A stretch of 30,631 bases of DNA from a virus (taxonomy: Duplodnaviria > Caudoviricetes), in the IMG/VR virus record IMGVR_UViG_3300025653_000167, positions 1-30,631 of that record; one strand, written 5' to 3'. Position numbers and translations under genes: made by a program. The notes beneath the pieces are model-generated. The model was not told the origin of the DNA. It worked only from the letters and a program-made list of their open reading frames with translations, and did not search any database. Positions 17,081-26,505 of the stretch are shown here, piece by piece (position 1 is the first letter of the stretch; the number at the start of each line of letters is the position of its first letter).

Positions 17081-17485
17081 TTAGGTCAGTCTAAGTTCAG
17101 CGACAAGGTTTACCCTGACGCTGGAACGGTTGGGCGCAACGCTTTCGACGGTTGGCGGTTCCTCAGTGAAGAACCAGAGCATTCCTGCCCCAGTCGATGT
17201 TGTGTCTAACCATCCTTTCAGATTAGTTGATGCGCCGTTGAAGATTGCAGATGGCAAAACTAGATCTGTTATGGCGCCTTTTGCGTCGTTGTAAGCGTCG
17301 ATAATTGCCGCTGCATTGTCGTCGCTAATGTTATTGAACTGCAGTTGAAGTTGCGCTTGGCTAGGTCGGCTGCCCCAAAGCCGGCGAGTGGTTACGCCGG
17401 ACTGCGTAGTCAGTCCAGTGGTCGGCCAACGCGGAGCAGTGAAATTCCTGCTGGTAGGCTCAAGATTTGGAAAAGCAACTGCCAT
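17081..17485 (-). CDS. Minor tail protein (distal tail / lambda gpM-like)
   Basis: Size, position and FPNLEPTSR...LQLQFNNI...F pattern. Confidence 0.65.
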   Translation of the reverse strand: MAVAFPNLEPTSRNFTAPRWPTTGLTTQSGVTTRRLWGSRPSQAQLQLQFNNISDDNAAAIIDAYNDAKGAITDLVLPSAIFNGASTNLKGWLDTTSTGAGMLWFFTEEPPTVESVAPNRSSVRVNLVAELRLT

Positions 17486-20400
17486 TACTCAATTACCCAA
17501 CTTCCAGCATTATCAAATCCTTCGGCAAGGTTTAGGACTCCCGAAGAATTTGTGGGCATGTGGACTGCCTCAATGCTAAAGGTGCCTTCCTCATCAGGCG
17601 TGACCCGCTCGATCTGGTAAGTACGAACTTGTGTGCCAGCCTTTTTGACCGTAAACACTACTCCGGTTGGGGTTGCGGTTCCATCGCTGTTGACTACCAA
17701 GCTGGTGTCAGCTGGTGGCGTGCCCTCAGTTCCATCCCAAGCAATTACGTCGTAGGTGCCGGCGAAAAGGGTTTGGGTGCTTACTACTGCGCCTTCTGCT
17801 GTGACTACGCCGTTGTTGAACTCGTCGTACTGGGTTTCGTCCATTGCGACTCGGATGTAATCGCTTGGTCCCAGCTTTGCCAAGGCGCCTTCGTGCGTGG
17901 TGCGGAAGCTGATTACATGCGTCGGGATGCGGCGCATCCTGATGATGTACTTGGCAGCGTCGATTGCCTGCTCGCGGTTGGTCACATAGTCCGACAGATC
18001 CAGTGCTTCGACGGGATCGGTGTCGCTGCCAAATGGTGCAAACTCGCGAACCAGCACTTCACGCTCGGTGGGGAAGATTCCGGGATTGGTCGGGTCGCTG
18101 CTTGCCCGTTCCTCTCGGTAGCGCACCGAGACTTGGATAGGCTCGCGCTCTTCGGGCTCCAAGTATTGGAGCTTGAAGGTGCCTTCGACGATATTACCGG
18201 CGGTAAAAAGGCCCTTGATTGGCACTGCTGTGAACTGGATGGCTGGGCGCAGGTAGAACTTGCCGTCGCTTTCGCCAAAGATCAGCAGGTTTGCAGCTGC
18301 AGTGTCCGCTGCCCACTGGCGCAGGTTGACCCGATCAGCTTGCACCCCATCAAAGAAGTAGTTCCGGCTGCTGCACCAGTCAGCGGCGTCGGTAAACGCC
18401 ACAAAGTCGATCATGCTGTCCTTGATCAGATCACCAGCGCCATAGGTGGTGTTGGTCATCAGATCCAGCAGCACATCGGGGAACAAGTGCGTCGGCCCTA
18501 AGGTCTGGCCGGAACGCAGCCGCCGACATGTCTTGCCGCCAGTGACGTAGCAACTGAACTGGCCAAACTGCTGCCACTCCACAGATGACAGCACGTTGAT
18601 GCCCAGCAGGGCCAAGTTGTCGTAAACCGGGGCCGGGCTGTTGGGGACGATCTCGTTGACGTAGACCACCTCATGCTCGGGGCCGGACGCTGCAGAGGAT
18701 TGGATCTCTTCATAGATGAAGGCTTCGGCCAGCTTGCCCCAGGTGTCGATGTAAGAAAAATCGCCGTTAGGAAAGTTGATCTTGTCTGTTCTGGGATAAG
18801 TCAGGGTGCCCTTGCTGGCCTGGCGCCGGCCCGTAGGAATAGCGAAGGTGTCCGGAGAGTGAGGGACTGACTCGCCATTGAAAACTACGGTTACGCCGCC
18901 AACCTCGGACACTGTTTGCCTAGTGCCAAGGCTTGCTTCAAGTACGTACAGGGTGCCGAGACTGGTGTTGTTGCGAATCTCCCATCCTGAGTAAGGCTCG
19001 ATCTGAAATTCCCACTGCTTCACAGAGGGCATGCTCAGCTGGATGTAGTTGAAGACGTTTTGCTGTGTTGCCCCACGCACTCCGTAGGCATTGCTGAGCT
19101 TGGTGAAAGCTGCTGCTGAGCCGGCCTCGCGGTAGTAGATGGCAAAAAAGCTGTAACGCTCAACAGGGGCGCTAAGGATGTTGGATTGATAAACATCCGT
19201 TTGCAGAGTGCTGCCCTGCTCAACGATGTCGTCTTTGTAATCCAGACAGGCTCTGTTGTCGCAATCCGAGTAGCTAAGGGCTTCCCGGAAGTTGGTCAAA
19301 CCGTTAATACGAATGCCAAGCCGAGAGCGGATACCAAGCTCAACTGCTTGGCATGGGCGGGTGGTGGAGATGCTGGCGATTGCGCAGCGCAGGATGTGGC
19401 CATCGGTTGTGGCGACGTTGCGCCACTCGCGCAAAGAGGAATCGGTATTTACCCAGTCGAGACCTGATGTCTCGATGTCTGCCTGGGTGTTGGTGTTGAC
19501 GGTTCCAGTGCGGACTGTTTTGAAGGTTGCGGTGATCGAGTTGCCGCTGCCACCAGTAATGTCTGCTTCTGAAATAAACACACCGGGGCTGCGGGTGTCG
19601 CAGATAGCCAAGCCGGAACCGATCTTGTACAGCTCGCCGATGATCAGAGAGTCGTCCCAAGCTTTCTGGCGGCCAGCGACAGTAGATGCGATGTCTTCGG
19701 CTTTTTCGATGTAAGCCTTTTTGGCGTTAAATTTAAGATCTCGGGTGATAGAGATAACTGATGCGGTATCTTCGTTTACTGCGTTTACTCCAGAGCCGCG
19801 AATCTTAAACGTAGGCTTAAAGCGGGTGTTTGTTGTCGTGATATCCGGAATTGTTCCGCCTCCGCCTGAAATGCTCCCACCAGTTAGAAAACCTGTAGTA
19901 GGGTCAACAACTGGAACAAAAGTACCCGCCGATACTGTTCCTCCTGTTTGAAACTCTTGCTTTGTGCGACTTCTTACTAGAATTTTCAAGTTGTATTTAA
20001 CAACCACATCATCTTCGGGATCGCTAGCGGTCAGAGGATTTCGCCACTTAAGCTGAAAGCGTGCAGACTTAAGTGTTTCTAGATCTTCGTTAATGGTATC
20101 GGTAGCGTCGTCGTTGTTGTAAAAACCTGTGATGTTAAAGGATATAGTTACATTAAGGTTACCCTTGCCGTTTGGATCTACCGTGACGCTGTTAATAGTT
20201 GTCGATATCTTGTTTTCAAGTGTTGTAATAGAAGTTGACTGGTCGCGGGTGCTGTCGTAAATGTTGTTCCACCTTCTGCTGCTTGGTTTGGTATAAACTC
20301 CCGCGCCGTCTTTAATAATTGTCTTTATTTCTAAGTTCCAATCACCAATGACTTGCAGGTTCTTTAGGTCGCGGCTGAAAGCGGTGTTTTCGTCGCTGCT

Positions 20401-21420
20401 GGAAAAGAGGGTGTAGCTGGTGGTGCCGCCGATGCTGCTCAGGCCACTGGATGTGATGCCGCTGCGGGAGCCAAAGAATGCCCGAGCTTTCAGGCGCTGA
20501 GACCATGCCGTATCGTCGATAACGCACTTCACCTTGGCGTCGCCGTCATCGCCCTCAGGGATTAGCTGGGCTCGAACTTGCGGTACGAAGCTGGGATTGG
20601 TGCGCATCCCGAAGTCGTTGCCGCAGAAGGCGTAAACGCCAAAGGTGGTTTGGTTGCCAGGCCTGGTGGCAGAGCAGAAGTCCGGCTGCCATGCGCCATT
20701 GCGCCAGACCTGGTACACATCGCCACCGCCGCCGTTTTGGGCGTTACCTAGATCTGTTGAGGCGCTGCGGCCGTAGATCTGATCGCCCGAGGCGATTCGT
20801 GTGGTCAAGCCGCTGTCGTAACGGCCATAAACAGCAAGGCGAGAGCCAACCTGGTTTGCGGTGGCATCACCGAAGTCGTAGCTGGTAAGGGTGTTGCCGC
20901 CCGAGGCAAAGTTGCCCGCATCTACGGTGCTGATTGGCCCCTCGCTAATCAGGAAGATTGCACGCAGCAGTTGCGATCCACCGAGGCTGTAGATCTGTGA
21001 CCACAGCATTGGGGTGCTAACTCGCACGCCGCCGTAGGTAGTTCCAGTGATAACTTCGCGCAAGGCGTAGACCACCGGGATGATGCTGCCCAGCGTGGTG
21101 ATGTCTTGGGTGCTGTCGAAGCCGTAGCGCGGGGTGAAGCGTTCGTTTTCTGTACGGGCTCGGCCACCACGGGCGCGTTCTTTTAACTGTGCAGGACGGC
21201 CGTCGCCTGTATCAGGCAGAGATGGCTTCAGAAATGACGCGGCAATCTGAAAGCCGATGCCAATCACGCTCAGTGTGATGGCAATAACTGTTTCAACGCC
21301 AGCAACTACTGCGGGCTCGGGCTGTTCTCTTGCTCGCTTGCGTACTTCCGCTACAAAAAACTGGTACTGCTCTTCCGTCAGCCCCAGCATTTCAGCCAGA
21401 TAACGATCAGATGGCAGCAT
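17485..21420 (-). CDS. Tail tip / central fibre protein (lambda gpI/gpJ-like)
   Basis: GSIIPVVY, FLISEGPI, VLLDLMTNTTYGAG, FFDGV, VSVRYRE, LGPSDYIRV motifs. Confidence 0.85.
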   Translation of the reverse strand: MLPSDRYLAEMLGLTEEQYQFFVAEVRKRAREQPEPAVVAGVETVIAITLSVIGIGFQIAASFLKPSLPDTGDGRPAQLKERARGGRARTENERFTPRYGFDSTQDITTLGSIIPVVYALREVITGTTYGGVRVSTPMLWSQIYSLGGSQLLRAIFLISEGPISTVDAGNFASGGNTLTSYDFGDATANQVGSRLAVYGRYDSGLTTRIASGDQIYGRSASTDLGNAQNGGGGDVYQVWRNGAWQPDFCSATRPGNQTTFGVYAFCGNDFGMRTNPSFVPQVRAQLIPEGDDGDAKVKCVIDDTAWSQRLKARAFFGSRSGITSSGLSSIGGTTSYTLFSSSDENTAFSRDLKNLQVIGDWNLEIKTIIKDGAGVYTKPSSRRWNNIYDSTRDQSTSITTLENKISTTINSVTVDPNGKGNLNVTISFNITGFYNNDDATDTINEDLETLKSARFQLKWRNPLTASDPEDDVVVKYNLKILVRSRTKQEFQTGGTVSAGTFVPVVDPTTGFLTGGSISGGGGTIPDITTTNTRFKPTFKIRGSGVNAVNEDTASVISITRDLKFNAKKAYIEKAEDIASTVAGRQKAWDDSLIIGELYKIGSGLAICDTRSPGVFISEADITGGSGNSITATFKTVRTGTVNTNTQADIETSGLDWVNTDSSLREWRNVATTDGHILRCAIASISTTRPCQAVELGIRSRLGIRINGLTNFREALSYSDCDNRACLDYKDDIVEQGSTLQTDVYQSNILSAPVERYSFFAIYYREAGSAAAFTKLSNAYGVRGATQQNVFNYIQLSMPSVKQWEFQIEPYSGWEIRNNTSLGTLYVLEASLGTRQTVSEVGGVTVVFNGESVPHSPDTFAIPTGRRQASKGTLTYPRTDKINFPNGDFSYIDTWGKLAEAFIYEEIQSSAASGPEHEVVYVNEIVPNSPAPVYDNLALLGINVLSSVEWQQFGQFSCYVTGGKTCRRLRSGQTLGPTHLFPDVLLDLMTNTTYGAGDLIKDSMIDFVAFTDAADWCSSRNYFFDGVQADRVNLRQWAADTAAANLLIFGESDGKFYLRPAIQFTAVPIKGLFTAGNIVEGTFKLQYLEPEEREPIQVSVRYREERASSDPTNPGIFPTEREVLVREFAPFGSDTDPVEALDLSDYVTNREQAIDAAKYIIRMRRIPTHVISFRTTHEGALAKLGPSDYIRVAMDETQYDEFNNGVVTAEGAVVSTQTLFAGTYDVIAWDGTEGTPPADTSLVVNSDGTATPTGVVFTVKKAGTQVRTYQIERVTPDEEGTFSIEAVHMPTNSSGVLNLAEGFDNAGSWVIE

Positions 21421-21794
21421 CAGCGAAACCTATAAAAACGGAGATTGGGCATGTAAGACAGTGGCACCCAATGAACGCCACGTCTGTGATGCACCAGCAG
21501 CAGTCCATCATCTACAACGATACCGACGCCTAGCCCTGCAGGTCCATTTCTAAACAGCGTTACCGCGTGTTCCTCGGGCTCATCCAACTGGGTGGTTGCG
21601 TTGGACCACATCCGCTCCAGTTGCCGCCAGCGTTTTTGCTTGGCCAGCTCCAACCAGTGGTAGTCGAACTCCGGGTGTTCGATGCCGGCTTCGTCAAGGA
21701 TGTGCCAGACCATTACTAGGCAGTCGGCTGCCTTTCCAAGCTCTGGGTCAGCGCCAAACTCGTGGGGCAGGCCGATCCAGTTCTTCCAGTCCAT
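21420..21794 (-). CDS. NlpC/P60-like tail assembly protein (lambda gpK-like)
   Basis: WIGLPHEFG...ADCLVMV...GVGIVV; lies between gpL-like and gpJ-like genes. Confidence 0.75.
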   Translation of the reverse strand: MDWKNWIGLPHEFGADPELGKAADCLVMVWHILDEAGIEHPEFDYHWLELAKQKRWRQLERMWSNATTQLDEPEEHAVTLFRNGPAGLGVGIVVDDGLLLVHHRRGVHWVPLSYMPNLRFYRFR

Positions 21795-22267
21795 TAGCTG
21801 ATCACCAAGCTGCCGGTGGTTGGCAGGGCGCCAACCAAGCCTGTGGTTAGGCGCCTGCGCGGGATGTTGGCCTTGGTGGCATCCAGGGGGCTGGATAGTT
21901 TGAGGATGATTCGATCAGTGTCCATCTCGTACTGGGATACACGCCACATTTCGGTGCGTACCAGTACGTCGTCCGCGAAGTTGACTGGGACCAGGCTGAC
22001 GGTTTTGATTTCCAGCAACCAGCGGCTTTGGACTGCTTCGGCGAACAGGTTGACTGTCAGTTGGTCCAGGCCGGCGACCAAGCTGGAGTCGCTGCGTTCG
22101 CCGCCTTGGCTGCCGGCACCAAGGCTGTAACCGAATGGCGCGAACTCGTAGGTCACGCCACTGTAAATACGCTGATCGTTGATGCTGAAGTTCTGGTAGG
22201 CGTAGATGGTGGGGGTGCCGTCTTGCTCCAGGAAGCGGGCGTAGTTGACAAAGGCGAAAGCGTTCAT
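21794..22267 (-). CDS. Minor tail tip protein (gpL/DUF1833-like)
   Basis: GVTYEFAPF...LKLSSPLD...IPRRRL; directly follows the tape measure gene. Confidence 0.7.
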   Translation of the reverse strand: MNAFAFVNYARFLEQDGTPTIYAYQNFSINDQRIYSGVTYEFAPFGYSLGAGSQGGERSDSSLVAGLDQLTVNLFAEAVQSRWLLEIKTVSLVPVNFADDVLVRTEMWRVSQYEMDTDRIILKLSSPLDATKANIPRRRLTTGLVGALPTTGSLVIS

Positions 22268-25200
22268 CAGCCGATACCCACCCGCTTGCGTGTCTTAACT
22301 GAGTTCTGCAGGGCTGCCAAGGTGAGAGTCCTGCCGCGTTCTGCCGCTTGAGCCATGCCCTTACGGTATTCCTCGGCCGTCACATATTCAACGTTGTTGA
22401 TCACCTGTGAGTTGAAGCGCACGTCCAGTGGATCTGGATTGCTGAGTGCGGCAACGGTTTCGCGTTCGCTGCGCTCGCTCATCAGGCGCTCGGTTGTCTT
22501 GCTGAACGGCACCGAAGTGCTGCGAAGCGGTCCGAAGACATCCTCGCCGCGTGCTCCAGCAGCAAAGTTGGCAGCCGCGCTGCCCATCTTGCTGAATGGG
22601 ATTACATACTCGGGCTCACCACCCTCGCCAATAATCGCTCTTGTCGGGCTGGTGACGTAACCGCCTTCTGCAAAGGCAATCGGACCAGTAGAAATGCCTT
22701 GTAAAAATGCGCCTGTAAACCCGTCACCACTGGGTAAAGAAACGGGACCGGCGCCGCTAAAGAGAGAGCTGCCAGAAGCTCCGAAGATTCCTGCCAGTGC
22801 CTTAAAGGTTGAAATGACAATCAGCTGAGAGATAATTTGACCGGCCAAGTCAACAAAAGAGTCACCAACAGATTTAAAGAAGTTAGAGAGCACTTCTTGT
22901 GCACTTGTGGTTCCGCTAATCAAATCGTTAAAGGCTGTATTAAATGCGCTTCCGATTGATTCGGCGCCTCTTACAGCAACGTTGATTGGATTGGCTAGAT
23001 CTTGCAGCTTTTCACGCAGTTTGTCGGCGGCTTGGATTTTATCGTCGTTTGGATCTAAGTCCAAAGTAGTATCGAAAGCTCCAGCGCCTTCTCCTTGAAT
23101 AAGGAATCTTGTGTCTAAACCCGCTCGCTTAAAGTATTCTTGTGTGATGTCCCTTTGTAGCTGTCGAATATCGTCAAGTTTTTTACGTTCTGCGTCCCTA
23201 AGTTTTGCGCTTTTAATCTGCAAAATTGTGGTTCTTTCTGTTTCAAAGTTTGTGTTTATAAGTTGCTTAGTCGTATCGCGTTCAATGTCTGCTATGGCTT
23301 TTTTGTATTGTAAGTCTATAACTTTAAGGTCATTATATTCAAATTGTGCATCTCTAATTTGATTCTCAAAGTCACTAATTTCTTCGATAGCTTTAAGGTC
23401 TGCCAAAAGTTGGGCGGTCCTATCTTTTGGTCCTTTTGGTCCTTTTGGTGCGCTCTTGGCGGATGGTGGAGCAATTAGGCGCCTGTCTGCGGCGGTTAGC
23501 GGTATCTGTACAGTTGTGGTTACGCGGTCTTTAAACAGCTCAAGTAGCTCGGCTTTATCTGCTGAAGAAAGAACTCCTGTCTTTCCGCCTCCTCGCCTTG
23601 CCTTTACAGCGGCTTGGAATTCGGCGTCTTCGGCAAGGTCTTTTGAAAGTTCCCTAAAACGTAGATTTCCGCTGATTTGAGAAATCAAGCTATTTACAAA
23701 CTTCAGTAGTCCGTTAAGAGGTCCAGCCAAGAGTGTCTGCAGCTGGAGTGTTAGTGTGTTCCAGAGTTCGGTTGTTTCGTTTGTTGTTTTACCTAGATCA
23801 ATCAAACTCTGCGCTGCTTTGTTTCCAAGTGCATTAGCAAGTTCTTCTGAAAGTAGCGTCGCAAGCTCAGCTGCCTTTCCTTCAGCCTCAAGTTGGATGG
23901 CTTTTTCTGCAGCTGCTTCTGAGCTGAATAGAGTTTTTTCTTGGAGCAGATCAAAAGCTGTAGAAGTGCTAGTAAGGGATCTGGCTGTGTTTAGAGTCGC
24001 TCCAGCGATAAGGTCTAACTGCTGTCCCAGTGCGCTTAGGCCGATCTGTGCGGCCAATGCCTGTGGCCCTGCCCCAAGTACACCGCCAAGACCGCCACCA
24101 ATGACCGCACCAGGGCCTCCGCCGAACAGCAGAGGGAAGCCCGCACCAAGGGTTACATTTGCCAATTTTTCGTTACGTTGTTTGCGACCTCGCGCAACTT
24201 CTGCTTTTGCGTCTGTTCCCGCTTTAAGTCTTTTTTCAAAATCTTTAAGTGCTGCGTCATCGGCTTTTTTCTGTGCAGCCCTTATAGCTTCAATCTTATC
24301 TACCTCTGCTTTTAGTTCCTTTTGGATAAAGTCAAGCTCTCTAAAGTTTGCCTCTTTATCAAAATCTGCCTCAATAAAAGCAAGTCTCTCTTGGTACTCC
24401 TTTCGGAGTTCAAATTCCCGCTCTACTTGTCTTCTGACAGCTGCTTCTGCTTCTACCGCAGCGCCACGAGCAGTAGGTGGAGCACCTCCAGGGCCAAAAA
24501 ATGCGCCGCTGGTTGTAGCTATAGTCCTACGAACGACGCCTCCTGTATCAAAAGGTGCAGGATCTCTAAAGCCTCTTGAAGCAAAAGAAGCCTGACCTTC
24601 TCTTCGTCGTATCTCATCTGCCCGCCTAGATAAAATTTCGCTTGTTTCAGCGGCATCTTCAAAGAATTTTATCCAAGAGGTTCGAGTGTTTAGCGATTTA
24701 GCTTTTAGCGTAGCTGTTACCTCAGCGGCATCTTCAAAGAATGTGGTCCAAGAGGTTCGAGTATTTAGTAATTTAGCTTTTAGCGTAGCTGTCACCCCAG
24801 CGGCATCTTCAAAGAATTTGACCCAAGAGGTTTGAGTGTTTAGGGATTTAGCTTTTAGCGTAGCTGTTACCTCAGCTGCATCTTCAAAGAATGTGGTCCA
24901 AGAGGTTTGAGTATTTAGTGATTTAGCTTTTAGCGTAGCTGTTACTTCAGCTGCGTCTTCAAAGAATTTGACCCAAGAAGTTTGAGTATTTAGTGCTTTT
25001 CCTTTTAGAACAGTTGCGGTAGTTTCTAGGTCACGTAGAAAAGTCTTCCAAGATTCGGCGGCTTTTGCAGTACGGGCTCTATCTGCGGGGCTATCTGGGA
25101 TTACAGGGCCAGAACCAATTCGACCGCTTATTGGGCTCGTTGCGCCAACGCCCTTAACTAATTTAGTTTGCTGTTTAAGTAGTTGTATCTGCCGCTTAAG

Positions 25201-25875
25201 TTTATCTTCGATAATCCTCGCTCTGTCGATCTCATTGCGGCTTATACGCGCATTAAGTTCGTCACGCGCTTCTAGTGCTGTTTTTAGTTTGCTTTCTGTG
25301 ACTCCAAGTAAGCGGAGCTGTTCTATTTGTTTGTTGTAGTCAGATACACTTCGTTTTAGAGCTGCGCTACCTTTTGCTGTACGGTTAAGTTCACGCTGTG
25401 TCTCTAGTAGTCGTCCCAATCCAACGGCAGCTTGTTGGATAAGTTTTAAGTCTTTTTGTTCGAGGCCAAACTCGTACTGCTCCTGAATAGCTTGTATATT
25501 TTTAGCTCGTTGTTTTACATCAAAGGCACCAGCTCGCTGGAGGTTTTTAAGTCTTCTTTCGTACAGTTCTATAGCGTTGTTAAGTTTTAATTGTCCGGTT
25601 AAACCTTCCGCGTACCTTTTCTTATCTGCTTCTGCGTACTCCTTGCTTATGGCAATACCCTGCTTTAGCTGCTTGGCAAGCTCCTCGGCATCAGCTAAAG
25701 CTTGCTTGTTGGGGTTTTTTTGGAATTTGCCGCCTTGAGGCGGTAATACTCTCTTAAGGTTTAACTTTTGTATAGCTTCAATGGTTTCGTTAATTTCGTC
25801 CAGACGACTTTGAAGTCGCTTTAATACTCCTTCGTTCTCTAGCTCAAGCCGAATTTTTGCAGAATAATCGGCCAC
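22267..25875 (-). CDS. Tail tape measure protein (1202 aa)
   Basis: Long Ala/Leu/Lys/Glu-rich helical protein after the chaperone; Gly-rich GAGFPLLFGGG segment; C-terminal FAEGGYVTSPT...GEGGEPEYVIP. Confidence 0.93.
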   Translation of the reverse strand: MADYSAKIRLELENEGVLKRLQSRLDEINETIEAIQKLNLKRVLPPQGGKFQKNPNKQALADAEELAKQLKQGIAISKEYAEADKKRYAEGLTGQLKLNNAIELYERRLKNLQRAGAFDVKQRAKNIQAIQEQYEFGLEQKDLKLIQQAAVGLGRLLETQRELNRTAKGSAALKRSVSDYNKQIEQLRLLGVTESKLKTALEARDELNARISRNEIDRARIIEDKLKRQIQLLKQQTKLVKGVGATSPISGRIGSGPVIPDSPADRARTAKAAESWKTFLRDLETTATVLKGKALNTQTSWVKFFEDAAEVTATLKAKSLNTQTSWTTFFEDAAEVTATLKAKSLNTQTSWVKFFEDAAGVTATLKAKLLNTRTSWTTFFEDAAEVTATLKAKSLNTRTSWIKFFEDAAETSEILSRRADEIRRREGQASFASRGFRDPAPFDTGGVVRRTIATTSGAFFGPGGAPPTARGAAVEAEAAVRRQVEREFELRKEYQERLAFIEADFDKEANFRELDFIQKELKAEVDKIEAIRAAQKKADDAALKDFEKRLKAGTDAKAEVARGRKQRNEKLANVTLGAGFPLLFGGGPGAVIGGGLGGVLGAGPQALAAQIGLSALGQQLDLIAGATLNTARSLTSTSTAFDLLQEKTLFSSEAAAEKAIQLEAEGKAAELATLLSEELANALGNKAAQSLIDLGKTTNETTELWNTLTLQLQTLLAGPLNGLLKFVNSLISQISGNLRFRELSKDLAEDAEFQAAVKARRGGGKTGVLSSADKAELLELFKDRVTTTVQIPLTAADRRLIAPPSAKSAPKGPKGPKDRTAQLLADLKAIEEISDFENQIRDAQFEYNDLKVIDLQYKKAIADIERDTTKQLINTNFETERTTILQIKSAKLRDAERKKLDDIRQLQRDITQEYFKRAGLDTRFLIQGEGAGAFDTTLDLDPNDDKIQAADKLREKLQDLANPINVAVRGAESIGSAFNTAFNDLISGTTSAQEVLSNFFKSVGDSFVDLAGQIISQLIVISTFKALAGIFGASGSSLFSGAGPVSLPSGDGFTGAFLQGISTGPIAFAEGGYVTSPTRAIIGEGGEPEYVIPFSKMGSAAANFAAGARGEDVFGPLRSTSVPFSKTTERLMSERSERETVAALSNPDPLDVRFNSQVINNVEYVTAEEYRKGMAQAAERGRTLTLAALQNSVKTRKRVGIG
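24648..25050 (-). repeat. 75-bp (25-aa) tandem repeat: five near-identical copies plus one degenerate
   Basis: CAGC(G/T)GC(A/G)TCTTCAAAGAAT at 24648, 24723, 24798, 24873, 24948; unit LNTQTSWxxFFEDAAEVTATLKAKS. Confidence 0.95.
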
Positions 25876-25916
25876 CTACCTACCTACTGCACTGGGCTTA
25901 AAGCAGTCTACGACGT

Positions 25917-25942
25917 AAAAAGCCGCCGGGGTTAGCGGCGGC
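25917..25942 (-). terminator. Intrinsic terminator at the end of the chaperone -1 frame
   Basis: GCCGCCG-CTAACCC-CGGCGGC-TTTTT; the TAA stop is in the loop. Confidence 0.8.
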
Positions 25943-26464
25943 GTTTGGCCTTATCCATGGCCTTCTCTTGATCCTCGTTCAGGATCTGGAAGTAGGCGCT
26001 CCAGCCGATCAGCTCTTCGGCGGTCATCTTGGTCCGGATTTCGCTAAGGGTTAGCCCCAGCTCTTTGGCAACCCCGAATTGGAGTAGGAGCCAGTTGTCC
26101 TTGCGAATCTCGGCGCTCAGGATTTTGGGTCGATTGGCTCTTGATCGTCGGTGAGGATTGCCAGCATCAAAGACTGCAGATCTTTATCCTTTACTTCGTT
26201 TTTAAGAACGTCGATCTCGCCAGGGCTAAAAAGTTTCTTGCCGGACTCGTCCAGTGCTTTTGCGATAAGCAGCTGCAGTGCAAATGCGTTGGCGTCGTCA
26301 GACTTTGCCTGCTTTTGAGCGCGTTCGCGTTCTGCTGCAGTCAGCGGGCTGACCCACATCTCAAAGATGCTGCCGTCCGAAAGTTCTACTTCCCTTTTGG
26401 TTGGTTCGAGGTTGGCTGCCTTACGCAGGCGGTCAATCGCACGCACTGGAATGGAGGCGGGCAT
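25932..26464 (-). CDS. Tail assembly chaperone, -1 frameshift product (gpGT-like, 177 aa)
   Basis: C CCA AAA at 26129-26123; -1 frame reads ILSAEIRKDNWLLLQFGVAKELGLTLSEIRTKMTAEELIGWSAYF...KRRR to TAA 25934-25932. Confidence 0.85.
26117..26464 (-). CDS. Tail assembly chaperone (gpG-like, 115 aa)
   Basis: Between major tail and tape measure genes; ends DPKS at a slippery heptamer. Confidence 0.88.
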   Translation of the reverse strand: MPASIPVRAIDRLRKAANLEPTKREVELSDGSIFEMWVSPLTAAERERAQKQAKSDDANAFALQLLIAKALDESGKKLFSPGEIDVLKNEVKDKDLQSLMLAILTDDQEPIDPKS

Positions 26465-26505
26465 GTAATCCTGATGTTCTGGTTCTAATGTAGCGCATTA
26501 CAAAT

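Noticed and set aside
17560-18501. 313-aa + strand ORF
   Set aside because: Antisense shadow of the codon-biased tail tip gene; no recognisable motifs
19732-20373. Intein in the tail tip protein
   Set aside because: No Cys/Ser-start block, His-Asn end or LAGLIDADG motif
23756-24595. 279-aa Ser/Ala-rich + strand ORF
   Set aside because: Antisense shadow of the tape measure gene
24648-25050. Regularly spaced repeats resembling a CRISPR array
   Set aside because: The intervening sequence is also repeated, the period is a multiple of 3 and in frame within the tape measure gene, and there are no cas genes
7889-26123. Both -1 extensions are exactly 63 codons
   Set aside because: No sequence similarity between them; treated as coincidence
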